The notes: generated from the sequence alone by a model not told the origin. Counted from the first letter of the stretch, positions 17,418 through 26,675 are shown. The stretch is DNA of 34,703 nt from an uncultured Clostridia bacterium (GCA_947628575.1 CANRAK010000002.1:1-34703); one strand, 5' to 3'. Numbers and translations are program-made.

Positions 17418-17885
17418 ATGGCTATTAGAGAGATTAGAACAGATGGGGATGATATATTAACTAAGAAGTCTAAAGAAGTAGAAGTAATAGATGAAAAAAT
17501 AAAACAACTAGGACAAGATATGCTAGATACTATGTATAAAAATGACGGTATAGGACTAGCTGCTTGCCAAGTTGGAATGTTAAAAAGAATGATAGTCTAC
17601 GATATAAAATACATAGAAGAAGATGCAGAAAGAGAAGGACATATTCTAATTAACCCAAAGATAACATCTAGGTCTAAGACAATGATAGAAGTTGAAGAAG
17701 GATGCTTATCTTTTCCAGATATATACGAAAATGTAAGAAGACATGAAAAAGTTACAGTAGAATATACTGATATAAATGGAAAGAAGAAAAAAATAAATGC
17801 TAAAGACATAGAAGCAGTTGTATTACAGCATGAAATTGACCACTTAGATGGCATTGTTTTTCTTGATAGAGCAAGAGAAAAATAA
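17418..17885 (+). CDS. def: Peptide deformylase
   Basis: Motifs GIGLAACQVG, EGCLSFP and QHEIDHLDG. Confidence 0.95.
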   Translation: MAIREIRTDGDDILTKKSKEVEVIDEKIKQLGQDMLDTMYKNDGIGLAACQVGMLKRMIVYDIKYIEEDAEREGHILINPKITSRSKTMIEVEEGCLSFPDIYENVRRHEKVTVEYTDINGKKKKINAKDIEAVVLQHEIDHLDGIVFLDRAREK

Positions 17886-17896
17886 AGGGGATTATA

Positions 17897-18787
17897 ATGA
17901 AAAAAATATTAGATGCTATTAATAGTTTAGGCTTTACTTTTTCGTTTAGAAGGGTAAGAAAAGCCATTTTATTAATAACAATATTTGTAATTATTGGAGT
18001 AAGTGTACATTTATTTGATCAGTTTATAAAATCTGAAGCAGGTCAAAAAATATTATATTCTAAAGAAATATCTAAAAATTTTGACATAGATGGAAATAGC
18101 ATAATAAGAATATACAAAGAAGATATAAACGAAGATAATAAAAGCGATTATTTCTTTATTATGGGACAAGAAAAAAGAACATCAGATAATGCGTTAAATT
18201 CAGTAGTAGAACAATATAATAATGTTTCTTTTGTAATAATTGATGGAAATACAAATGAAGCAATACAAATGAATTCTAAAATGGAATTTAAAGCAGATGT
18301 AACACTTAAATTATATAAAGATAATAGTAATACATACTTTTTAATATCAGATGAAAATGGAGATATTAAGTTGTATAAATATCTAGATAATAAGCTAAAT
18401 GATATTATAGCAGGTACAACAAAAGATGAATTTTTAGGTTATACTATATATACAACAAAAAATGATGAGAAAAATAAAATAAAAATATCAATAGATAATT
18501 ATTCAAAAGATTATTTAGGCGAATATAAAGATACTAAAACACTAGACTTTAACGATATGGATATTAGTATACAAAAATATAGAGAGACTTATCTTAGAGA
18601 TAGATTCTCAGATGCTGTACTTGAAGATATAGATAACGATGGAACTTTAGAGTTTGTTGCAAATCAATATGTATTATATAGTCTAGATAATAGTACACAA
18701 GATAATAAAACATTAGGTGTTGTTAAAACTGTATTTGATATTAAAAAAAGTAAATTGAAATTTAAAAAAGTAGATATTGGAATATAA
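17897..18787 (+). CDS. Hypothetical membrane-anchored protein with Asp-rich FG-GAP/Ca-loop-like motifs
   Basis: TM segment AILLITIFVIIGVSVHLF followed by a soluble, beta-rich-looking domain with DINEDNKSDYF and DIDNDGTLEF loops. It lies between def and fmt. Confidence 0.6.
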   Translation: MKKILDAINSLGFTFSFRRVRKAILLITIFVIIGVSVHLFDQFIKSEAGQKILYSKEISKNFDIDGNSIIRIYKEDINEDNKSDYFFIMGQEKRTSDNALNSVVEQYNNVSFVIIDGNTNEAIQMNSKMEFKADVTLKLYKDNSNTYFLISDENGDIKLYKYLDNKLNDIIAGTTKDEFLGYTIYTTKNDEKNKIKISIDNYSKDYLGEYKDTKTLDFNDMDISIQKYRETYLRDRFSDAVLEDIDNDGTLEFVANQYVLYSLDNSTQDNKTLGVVKTVFDIKKSKLKFKKVDIGI

Positions 18788-18818
18788 AGATTAAGGTATT
18801 TGGATATCTTAATCTTTT
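18787..18818 (+). terminator. Weak hairpin (possible partial terminator or processing site) between orf296 and fmt
   Basis: AAGATTAAG (18787-18795) pairs with CTTAATCTT (18808-18816), followed by only TT. The loop is 12 nt. Confidence 0.35.
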
Positions 18819-18832
18819 AGTATTTAGGGGGA

Positions 18833-19792
18833 ATGAACTTGAGAAAAGATATAAGAATTGTTTTTATGGGTACACCAGAATTTGCTAGAGAGTCTTTAAA
18901 AGAGTTAGTAGAGTCTGGATATAATGTAGTAGGTTGCTTTACAAATCCAGATAAACCATCAGGACGTGGTATGAAACTTAAAGCATCAGCTGTAAAAGAA
19001 TATGCTATGGAACATAATATACCAGTATATCAACCAAAAAAAGTCAGAAATAATCCTGAAGTAATAGATATTTTAAATGAACTAGCACCAGACGTTATAA
19101 CAGTAGTAGCTTATGGTAAAATACTACCAAAAGAAATTCTAGATTTTCCAAAGTATGGATGTATTAATGTACATGGCTCATTACTTCCTAAATATAGAGG
19201 CTCTGCTCCTATGCAATGGGCTATAATTAACGGAGAGAAAACTACAGGAATTACAACTATGTTTATGGATGTTGGAATGGATACAGGAGATATGCTACTA
19301 AAAGAAGAAATGGAAATTAAAGATGAATATAATTTAGAGGATGTTCATGATAAAATGATGAAAATAGGAGCAAAACTCCTTATTAAGACAATTGATGGTG
19401 TAATTGACGGTACAATAGAAAGAGAAAAACAACCAGAACAAGGAACTAATGCTCCAATGATAACAAGAGAAATGACAAAAATAGATTTTAATAAATCACC
19501 TAGAGAAATATTTAATTTTGTAAGAGGCCTTTCTCCATTTCCAGGTACATATATGGAGCTTGAAGATGGAAGAAAATATAAAGTGTTTAGTGTAGAATAT
19601 AATGTAGATGATAGCATAGATGCTAGCATAGAAAATGGAGATATACTTCTTATGGCAAAAGATAAGCTGTATATAAGGTGTAAAGATGGATATGTTAGTA
19701 TACTAAGTATCCAGCCTGAAAATTCTAAGAGAATGGATATTAAAGCTTTTATGGCTGGTAATAGATTTAATATGATGGATAAGTTTATATAG
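18833..19792 (+). CDS. fmt: Methionyl-tRNA formyltransferase
   Basis: IVFMGTPEFA; HGSLLPKYRGSAPMQWAI; C-terminal tRNA-binding domain. The ATG at 18833 abuts the GGGGG RBS, so the in-frame TTG at 18839 (7-nt spacing) may be the true start. Confidence 0.92.
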   Translation: MNLRKDIRIVFMGTPEFARESLKELVESGYNVVGCFTNPDKPSGRGMKLKASAVKEYAMEHNIPVYQPKKVRNNPEVIDILNELAPDVITVVAYGKILPKEILDFPKYGCINVHGSLLPKYRGSAPMQWAIINGEKTTGITTMFMDVGMDTGDMLLKEEMEIKDEYNLEDVHDKMMKIGAKLLIKTIDGVIDGTIEREKQPEQGTNAPMITREMTKIDFNKSPREIFNFVRGLSPFPGTYMELEDGRKYKVFSVEYNVDDSIDASIENGDILLMAKDKLYIRCKDGYVSILSIQPENSKRMDIKAFMAGNRFNMMDKFI

Positions 19793-19803
19793 TAGGTGAG
19801 AAT

Positions 19804-19995
19804 ATGGATTATAATAAGTTAAGAAAGGATTTAATAGATTATTATGGTACAGCAATGTACAGTGGGTTTCCTGCAGCAATGATGGAACTTTCTAAAGTAG
19901 AGAAAGCATCTAATGAGGAACTAATTAAACTTGCACAAAAAGCAGGCTTTGATTTAAGAAAATATGTGATAGATAGATCAGATTATGAAAGATAG
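19804..19995 (+). CDS. Small hypothetical protein (63 aa)
   Basis: TAGGTGAG RBS. It is tightly packed between fmt and the MazG-like gene, looks helical, and matches no family I recognise. Confidence 0.5.
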   Translation: MDYNKLRKDLIDYYGTAMYSGFPAAMMELSKVEKASNEELIKLAQKAGFDLRKYVIDRSDYER

Positions 19996-20008
19996 TAGGT
20001 GGGTAAAT

Positions 20009-20320
20009 ATGAATTTACAAGAATTACAAAAAAAGATATATCAAAATAAGGTAAATAAAGGATTTAATGTTACAGATGTTGAAAAAGAGTTTTGCTTTTT
20101 GTATGGTGAAGTAGCTGAAGCATTTGACGCATATAGAAAGAAGAAAGATGATTTAGGAGAAGAGCTAGCAGATATAGCTATATATTTAATGGGTCTTTCT
20201 GAAATATTGAATATTGATTTAGAAAAAGAGATAGAAAATAAAGTGGCAAAAAATGAAAAAAGAGTATATAAAAATATAAATGGAACAAATATACGTATTA
20301 AAGAGGCAGATGTACAGTAG
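20009..20320 (+). CDS. MazG-like all-alpha nucleotide pyrophosphohydrolase (short form)
   Basis: I prefer the ATG at 20009 after a TAGGTGGG RBS over the track start at 19985. Metal-binding helices are GEVAEAFDA and EELADIAIYL. Confidence 0.72.
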   Translation: MNLQELQKKIYQNKVNKGFNVTDVEKEFCFLYGEVAEAFDAYRKKKDDLGEELADIAIYLMGLSEILNIDLEKEIENKVAKNEKRVYKNINGTNIRIKEADVQ

Positions 20321-20335
20321 TACATCTTTCTTTTT
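20308..20335 (+). terminator. Intrinsic terminator ending the long operon
   Basis: AGATGTAC-AGTA-GTACATCT followed by TTCTTTTTC. It overlaps the TAG stop. Confidence 0.8.
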
Positions 20336-20338
20336 CTA

Positions 20339-20367
20339 TTGAAAAAATGCCTTTTTTGTAGTATTAT
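20339..20367 (+). promoter_or_regulatory. Sigma-A-type promoter for rlmN
   Basis: TTGAAA (20339-20344), 17 nt, then TATTAT (20362-20367). It shares an identical 17-mer with the 13324 promoter. Confidence 0.6.
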
Positions 20368-20392
20368 ATACTTGTTATAATAAGGAGAAATT

Positions 20393-21469
20393 ATGGATAA
20401 AATAAATATAAATGAACTTACTTTTGAAGAGTTAGAAAAATTTATTGAAGAATTAGGTGAGAAAAAATTTCATGCACGTCAGATATTTAAATGGATACAT
20501 CGTGAAAAAGTACTAAGTTTTGACGATATGACAGATATTTCTAAAGCATTAAGAGAAAAGCTAAAAGATAAAGCATATATATTAGAGCTTAAAGTAATTG
20601 AGTGTCAAGTATCTAAAAAAGATGGAACAATGAAATTTTTAATAGAGCTTCCAGATCATAATGCAATTGAGTCTGTACTTATGAGATACCATCATGGAAA
20701 TACAATATGTGTATCTTCACAAGTAGGTTGTAAAATGGGCTGTAAATTTTGTGCATCAACTAAAGAAGGATTTGCAAGATCACTTCTTGCATCTGAAATT
20801 GAAGGACAGCTTCTTACAGTGGAAAGATATACTAATGAAAAGATATCTAATATTGTATATATGGGAATAGGTGAGCCACTAGATAATTATGATAATGTAG
20901 TAAAGTCAATAAGACAGATAAATTATCCTTTAGGATTAAATATAGGGGCAAGACATATAAGCCTTTCTACATGTGGTCTAGTGCCAAATATTTACCGTTT
21001 AGCAAAAGAAAATATACAATGTACATTATCTATATCTTTACATGCTACAACAGATGAAAAGAGAAGAGAAACTATGCCTATTGCAAATAAATATACTATT
21101 AAAGAAATATTGGATGCTTGTAAAGAATATATTAGAATTACAGGAAGAAGAATATCTTTTGAATATGCTTTAATTTATGGACAAAATGATTCAAAAGAAG
21201 ATGCTTTAGCTCTTGCAAAATTGCTAAGAGGAATGATAGCGCATGTTAATCTTATACCAGTTAATGAGATAAAAAATGGAGTATATAAAAAAGCACCAGA
21301 AAAGAGAATAGAGGACTTTATGAACACATTAAATGCTTGTGGTGTAGTTACAACAGTAAGACGTGAATTAGGCTCAGATATTGATGCAGCTTGTGGTCAG
21401 CTAAGGAAAAAATATATAGATAAAACAGATGAGTTCGCAGAAGGAAAATACACAAAAAAAGAGGAATAG
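20393..21469 (+). CDS. rlmN: 23S rRNA/tRNA (adenine-C2)-methyltransferase RlmN (radical SAM)
   Basis: FHARQIFKWIH N-terminal domain; radical SAM CKMGCKFC; C-terminal DIDAACGQL. Confidence 0.93.
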   Translation: MDKININELTFEELEKFIEELGEKKFHARQIFKWIHREKVLSFDDMTDISKALREKLKDKAYILELKVIECQVSKKDGTMKFLIELPDHNAIESVLMRYHHGNTICVSSQVGCKMGCKFCASTKEGFARSLLASEIEGQLLTVERYTNEKISNIVYMGIGEPLDNYDNVVKSIRQINYPLGLNIGARHISLSTCGLVPNIYRLAKENIQCTLSISLHATTDEKRRETMPIANKYTIKEILDACKEYIRITGRRISFEYALIYGQNDSKEDALALAKLLRGMIAHVNLIPVNEIKNGVYKKAPEKRIEDFMNTLNACGVVTTVRRELGSDIDAACGQLRKKYIDKTDEFAEGKYTKKEE

Positions 21470-21479
21470 CTAAAAATAC

Positions 21480-21509
21480 TTGAAAAAAGTTTTCTTTCTT
21501 TGATATAAT
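21480..21509 (+). promoter_or_regulatory. Possible internal promoter ahead of stp-prkC
   Basis: TTGAAA (21480-21485), 18 nt, then TGaTATAAT (21501-21509). Confidence 0.45.
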
Positions 21510-21527
21510 AAAAAAATAAGAGGTGAA

Positions 21528-22268
21528 ATGATGAGATATACGGCTAGAACTGATGTTGGGCAAAAGCGAGATAATAACGAAGATAATTTATATACAAAAT
21601 TATATGACGATAATACTGCATTATTTATAGTAGCAGACGGCCTAGGAGGATATTCTAGTGGTGAAGTCGCAAGTCAGATAGCAGTAAATTATATTAAGGA
21701 TAATTTTGAAGCTAATTTAAAAGAATTAAAAGATGCAAAAGAAGATAAAGTAAAAGAAATTCTAAAACAGCTAATTATAGATGCAAATAAGAGAGTTTTT
21801 AGTATTCAAAGTTCAAATCCTAAGTATAAAGGAATGGGAACAACTGCTGTTCTTATTGCTAAAATAAATAATAAATTGTATTATGAATCAGTTGGTGATA
21901 GTAGACTATATTATATAGATAAAGATAAAAATAGCATAGAACAAGTTACAGTAGATGATACATATGTAAATGAGCTATTAAAGAAAAAAATAATAAATGC
22001 TAAAGATGCACAAAATCATCCACAAAGACATGTTTTAACAAAGGCTATAGGAATTTTTAACAAAATAGATGTTCAAGTAAATATATTAGATAAAAATGAC
22101 GGGCTTGTTATTTTATGCTCAGATGGACTAACTAATATGATTACAGAAGATAATATTTTACAAACAGTTAGAGATAATGATTTTACTGTGCTAGCAGATA
22201 AATTTGTAGATATTGCAAACTTAAATGGTGGTACAGATAATATAACTGTAGTTGTTGTAGAAATATAA
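21528..22268 (+). CDS. stp: PP2C-family Ser/Thr protein phosphatase
   Basis: Motifs RDNNED, VADGLGG, GTT, LCSDGL and GGTDNITV. The second ATG at 21531 has better RBS spacing. Confidence 0.9.
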   Translation: MMRYTARTDVGQKRDNNEDNLYTKLYDDNTALFIVADGLGGYSSGEVASQIAVNYIKDNFEANLKELKDAKEDKVKEILKQLIIDANKRVFSIQSSNPKYKGMGTTAVLIAKINNKLYYESVGDSRLYYIDKDKNSIEQVTVDDTYVNELLKKKIINAKDAQNHPQRHVLTKAIGIFNKIDVQVNILDKNDGLVILCSDGLTNMITEDNILQTVRDNDFTVLADKFVDIANLNGGTDNITVVVVEI

Positions 22269-22283
22269 AGGGGAGACATTTAT

Positions 22284-24269
22284 ATGGAATTAATTGGAAA
22301 AATACTAGCTGGTAGATATGAGATAATAGAGAAAATCGGTGAAGGTGGAATGGCGTATGTATTTAAAGCAAGAGATAATCTTTTAAATAGATACGTTGCA
22401 ATCAAAGTATTAAAAGATGAATATTCTAAGGACGAAGTATTTGTAAAAAGATTTAGAACTGAAGCACAAAGTGCTGCTTCTCTTATTCATCCAAATATCG
22501 TATCAGTATTTGATGTAGGAGAAGACAAAGGTATAAGCTATATAGTTATGGAGCTTTTAGAGAGTAAAACTTTAAAAGACTATATACAAGAAAAAGGTGC
22601 TTTGTCTACAGAGATTACTCTTAAAATAGCAGCTCAAATTGCATCTGCACTTGAAGCTGCGCATAAAGCACATATTGTACATAGAGATATAAAGCCACAA
22701 AATATAATATTAAATCAAAACTTAGTTGCTAAAGTAACAGATTTTGGTATAGCAAAAGTTGCTAATGCTACATCAGCTACTATAACAAGTTTTGGAAATA
22801 CTATGGGTTCAGTACATTATTTTTCACCAGAACATGCTAAAGGTGGATATACAGATGCAAAATCAGATTTATATTCATTAGGTGTTGTTATGTACGAAAT
22901 GGCAACAGGTAAATTGCCATTTGATGCAGAGTCAGCTGTTTCAGTTGCTCTAAAGCATATACAAGAAATACCAGTTGAGCCAAAAGAGATAAATCCTAGT
23001 GTTAGTACAGCACTAAATCAAATAATAATGAAAGCTATGGAAAAATCTACTGCAACTAGATATCAATCTGCAACAGAAATGTTAACAGATATATCAATAG
23101 CACTTGCTAAGCCTACATCTGGACTTGTTGCAAGACCACAAAGCTCAATTGAAGCAGGAGATACACAAGTTATTCCTGTTTTAAGTGACGTAGAAGATGA
23201 AAACTTAGTACCTAATGTTAGAACAAGACAAAGTAGTGCTCGTTCAGCTGCTTATACACCACCTTCTAAGGATGTAAAAGAGTCTGAAGATAATAATGAT
23301 AGTGCAAGAGCAAAAGCTGAGCAGGCAGCAAAGAAAAAGAAGAAAACAATTATTATAGTTACTATTTGTGCAATAGTTATTATAGTATTTGGGGCTATAT
23401 CTGGTTACTTTATTAATAAAATAATACAAAATGGAAAAGAAGAAGAAATAGAAATACCAGATATAAAGGGAAAAGACCTAGAAAAAGCAATACAAGAACT
23501 TGCAGAAAAAGGAATAACAGTAGAGCAAACTAGTGCTGAATATAACAGTGATTATAAAGAGGGAGAAATCATATCTCAAAAGCCAGAAGCAGGTACTTTA
23601 ACTAAAGAGAAAAAAATATATGTTGTAGTAAGTAAAGGTACTAAAATGGTTAAAGTAACAAACTGGGAAGGAAAGAATATAACTTCTGCAAAATATGACT
23701 TAGAAACTTCTTTAGGATTTGTTATTGAGCAAGAAAATGTTGTTTCAGACACTGTAGCAGAAGGAATAATTATATCACAAGAGTATAAAGATGAAGAGCG
23801 TCCTTATGGAAGTAAAATAAAAGTAAAAGTAAGCTCTGGTGATGGTAAAAAGCAAGTAGTTGTTCAAAGTGTTGTTGGTATGAAGTCTAGTGAAGCAAAA
23901 GAAAAACTTGAAAATGATGGGCTTGTTGTAGAAATACAATATGCTGAAGATGATAGTAAATCTAATGGAACAGTGCTTTCACAATCATATAGACAAAATG
24001 AAGTAGTAAAAGAAGGAACAAAAATAGTTATTACAGTAAATAGAAGATTAATAAATAAATCAGTTACTGTACCAGGAATACCAGCAGGAACTGCTGAAAG
24101 TGATATAGATGTAAAAGTTAGTGTTGATGGTGGTGCATTAAATAGTACAAGATTTACTTATGATGCTAATAATAACCAGTTAACATTTACAATTAACGGA
24201 TACGAAAAATTTAGTTATACAGTAACTGTAAAAGGTAAAGAAATTATAACTAAAGAAGAACCATTTTAA
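22284..24269 (+). CDS. prkC: Ser/Thr protein kinase with PASTA repeats (PrkC)
   Basis: Kinase motifs GEGGMAYVFKA, AIK, HRDIKPQN, DFG and SPE. TM segment IIIVTICAIVIIVFGAISGYFI. Three PASTA-like repeats and a C-terminal Ig-like domain. Confidence 0.93.
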   Translation: MELIGKILAGRYEIIEKIGEGGMAYVFKARDNLLNRYVAIKVLKDEYSKDEVFVKRFRTEAQSAASLIHPNIVSVFDVGEDKGISYIVMELLESKTLKDYIQEKGALSTEITLKIAAQIASALEAAHKAHIVHRDIKPQNIILNQNLVAKVTDFGIAKVANATSATITSFGNTMGSVHYFSPEHAKGGYTDAKSDLYSLGVVMYEMATGKLPFDAESAVSVALKHIQEIPVEPKEINPSVSTALNQIIMKAMEKSTATRYQSATEMLTDISIALAKPTSGLVARPQSSIEAGDTQVIPVLSDVEDENLVPNVRTRQSSARSAAYTPPSKDVKESEDNNDSARAKAEQAAKKKKKTIIIVTICAIVIIVFGAISGYFINKIIQNGKEEEIEIPDIKGKDLEKAIQELAEKGITVEQTSAEYNSDYKEGEIISQKPEAGTLTKEKKIYVVVSKGTKMVKVTNWEGKNITSAKYDLETSLGFVIEQENVVSDTVAEGIIISQEYKDEERPYGSKIKVKVSSGDGKKQVVVQSVVGMKSSEAKEKLENDGLVVEIQYAEDDSKSNGTVLSQSYRQNEVVKEGTKIVITVNRRLINKSVTVPGIPAGTAESDIDVKVSVDGGALNSTRFTYDANNNQLTFTINGYEKFSYTVTVKGKEIITKEEPF

Positions 24270-24275
24270 TATATA

Positions 24276-24316
24276 AAAAGAAAGCTTTTAATATGTATAA
24301 AAAGCTTTCTTTTTTC
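24276..24316 (+). terminator. Intrinsic terminator after prkC
   Basis: A 13-14-bp stem, AAAAGAAAGCTTT (24276-24288) with AAAGCTTTCTTTT (24301-24313), followed by a T-run. Confidence 0.85.
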
Positions 24317-24328
24317 TGTATATTAATA

Positions 24329-24357
24329 TTGAAATAAAAGAATATTTGTAGTAAGAT
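24329..24357 (+). promoter_or_regulatory. Sigma-A-type promoter for rsgA-rpe::alkD-pfkA
   Basis: TTGAAA (24329-24334), 17 nt, then TAAGAT (24352-24357). The spacer ends in TTTGTAG, as in the 13324 and 20339 promoters. Confidence 0.55.
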
Positions 24358-24376
24358 ATAAGCATTAGGAGTGTAT

Positions 24377-25288
24377 ATGGATAATATAATTGCAAAAGTA
24401 ATAAGAATAGACTTAGAGATATATATATTAAAAGTAATAAACAATGATAATGATATTATAGCTGCTAAGTTAAGAGGCAACATTAAAAAGAGCAGTAATG
24501 TTCTTGTTGGCGACTTAGTAGAAGTAGAAAAAGTAGATAATGACTATATGATTACTAATGTGCTTGAGAGAAAAAATTCTCTTATAAGACCACCAGTAAG
24601 TAATATAGACCAAATGATTATTGTTGTTTCTGTTGGCGAGCCTGCACCAGATTTTATACTTTTAGATAAACAAATAATACTATGTATGGCTAAAGACATT
24701 CTCCCTATTATTTGTGTAAATAAAGTAGATTTACAAGATGATAATGTACAAGCTAAAGAAGATATAGAGTATATAAAATCTGTATATGGTAAACTAGGAA
24801 TACAAATAGTATATACTAGTACAGTAAAGAATATAGGAATTGAAGAATTAAAGCAGAAACTTATAGGAAAAACATCTGCTTTCTCAGGAAATTCCGGTGT
24901 TGGAAAATCATCAATAACTAAAGAAATATTAGATTTATCTCATGAAGAAGTAGAAATTGGAAATATAGGAAGAAAAAGTAAAAGAGGAAGACATACAACA
25001 AAAGCTGTAAGACTATATAGCTTAGATGAAAATACATTTATACTTGATACACCTGGATTTTCTAGCTATGAGCTTTATGACATAGATCATAAAAAAATAA
25101 GGGAGTTTTATCCAGAGTTTGAAAAATGCAAATGTGACTATGACGACTGCATGCATATAAGTGAAGATGAGAGTGTATGTGACGTAAAAAGACATGTAAA
25201 AAATAATGATATAGACCAAAAGCGATATGAAAGGTATGTATATATCTTTTTAAAAGAAAAAGAAAAATACGATAAAAGATATAAATAG
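24377..25288 (+). CDS. rsgA: Ribosome small-subunit-dependent GTPase A
   Basis: ATG at 24377 lies 6 nt after an AGGAG RBS; the track start is a GTG at 24371. OB-fold N-terminus, circularly permuted GTPase motifs (NKVDL, GNSGVGKSS, DTPGF), and a Zn-finger (CKCDYDDCMHISEDESVC). Confidence 0.9.
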   Translation: MDNIIAKVIRIDLEIYILKVINNDNDIIAAKLRGNIKKSSNVLVGDLVEVEKVDNDYMITNVLERKNSLIRPPVSNIDQMIIVVSVGEPAPDFILLDKQIILCMAKDILPIICVNKVDLQDDNVQAKEDIEYIKSVYGKLGIQIVYTSTVKNIGIEELKQKLIGKTSAFSGNSGVGKSSITKEILDLSHEEVEIGNIGRKSKRGRHTTKAVRLYSLDENTFILDTPGFSSYELYDIDHKKIREFYPEFEKCKCDYDDCMHISEDESVCDVKRHVKNNDIDQKRYERYVYIFLKEKEKYDKRYK

Positions 25289-25303
25289 ACAAGAGGTGAG
25301 AAT

Positions 25304-26662
25304 ATGAAAGATTTATCTATTTCAATATTAAACGTAGATGATGTAGATAGCTTTTTAACTAAACTTGAAAATATACAGGATAAATATACAAATAATAAAA
25401 AAGTAGATTTTTGCGATATACACATTCATTTTGATGTAATGGATAATAAATTTGTTAATAATTATGGTGTGAATATTGAAAATATGAAAATAGTAAATAG
25501 ACACGGCTATTATATTGATACACATCTAATGGTTGAAAAACCTATTCAAGACGGATATATAGATAAAGCTATCGAGTATGGTTCAAAAGATATAACTATA
25601 CATTATGAAATAGATAATTTTGAGAAAAACCTTAATTATTTACTAGAAAAAAAGAAAGAAAATAAATATCTAAAAATTGGAGTTGCACTTAGACCAAATA
25701 CACCACTTAGTGTACTAGATAAGTATATAGATAATATAGACAAGATATTAGTAATGTCTGTTGAGCCAGGATACGGCGGACAAAAATATATAGATAGCAC
25801 AAAAGAAAAATTAAAAGAAGCTAAAAGTAAATATAGTAATAAAATATTACAAGTAGATGGTGGAGTAAACTCTAAAAATCTTAGATATAATACTATAGCA
25901 GATAGCATTGTTATTGGAAGTTATATTACAAAAGATATAAATAAAGTAGAAAAAAAGCTTGACGTTATAAACATAATAAATAGTATAGAATCTTTGCCAA
26001 AAGAAGCAGATATAGAATTTGAAAAAAGAACATTACAAATTCAAGAAGGTGGATATGGATATGGTGATACTATTTTAGGTATAAGAATCCCTCAAGTTAG
26101 AAAGCTAGCTAATCACTGGTATAAAGCATTAACTTTAGATGTACTTCATGTGTTTATTAGCTCTAATATCCATGATTATAGGAGATTTGCTATTTTTTGC
26201 TTAGTAAAAATGGTAAATAGTGAAAATAAGGATGAAATTAAAAAATTTATAGATAATAATATTAAATATATTAATAACTGGGATTTAGTAGATTCTTGTG
26301 TCCCTATTTGTATAGGAAAACAGCTTTTAGAAGAAAGCGATGAAAAGATATATACTACATTAAGAGAATATACTAAATCAGAAGATATTTGGATAAAAAG
26401 AATAGGTATTGTATCATTACTTAATATAGCTAAGATAGGTAGAAAAGAAGCAGTATTTAAAGTAATAGATGACGTATTTTATGAGGAGTATCATTTATTA
26501 CAAAAAGCAACAGGTTGGATATTAAGAGAACTATATAAAGTAAATGCAAAAGATACACTAAATTATCTACTAGATAAAAAGAAAAAAGGTAAAATACCAA
26601 CAATATTAAAATCTTATGCAACAGAAAAAATGAGTGAAAAAGAAAAGAATAGTTTAAAGTAA
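25304..26662 (+). CDS. rpe: Fusion protein: ribulose-phosphate 3-epimerase (aa 1 to about 215) plus an AlkD-family DNA alkylation repair (HEAT-like) domain (aa about 225 to 452)
   Basis: Rpe motifs: SILNVD, HIHFDVMD, DTHLMV, MSVEPGYGGQKY, QVDGGV, VIGSYI. DNA_alkylation-family motifs: GGYGYGDTILGIRIPQVRKLA, NNWDLVD, KATGWILRE. It is one uninterrupted ORF. Confidence 0.8.
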   Translation: MKDLSISILNVDDVDSFLTKLENIQDKYTNNKKVDFCDIHIHFDVMDNKFVNNYGVNIENMKIVNRHGYYIDTHLMVEKPIQDGYIDKAIEYGSKDITIHYEIDNFEKNLNYLLEKKKENKYLKIGVALRPNTPLSVLDKYIDNIDKILVMSVEPGYGGQKYIDSTKEKLKEAKSKYSNKILQVDGGVNSKNLRYNTIADSIVIGSYITKDINKVEKKLDVINIINSIESLPKEADIEFEKRTLQIQEGGYGYGDTILGIRIPQVRKLANHWYKALTLDVLHVFISSNIHDYRRFAIFCLVKMVNSENKDEIKKFIDNNIKYINNWDLVDSCVPICIGKQLLEESDEKIYTTLREYTKSEDIWIKRIGIVSLLNIAKIGRKEAVFKVIDDVFYEEYHLLQKATGWILRELYKVNAKDTLNYLLDKKKKGKIPTILKSYATEKMSEKEKNSLK

Positions 26663-26675
26663 GGAGAGATTGAAT

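Noticed and set aside
15860-24483. Assorted 60-94-aa minus-strand ORFs at 15860-16042, 17597-17854, 19345-19629, 20041-20325, 21348-21563, 22073-22279, 23244-23429 and 24250-24483.
   Set aside because: All are antisense to strongly supported genes or span terminators and promoters. None has an RBS or a recognisable motif.
25022-25425. Three overlapping minus-strand ORFs in different frames across the rsgA 3' end and the rpe 5' end.
   Set aside because: The local composition simply lacks reverse-strand stop codons. The peptides are Phe/Ile/Tyr-rich nonsense, and the sense strand encodes the conserved RsgA Zn-finger and Rpe N-terminus.
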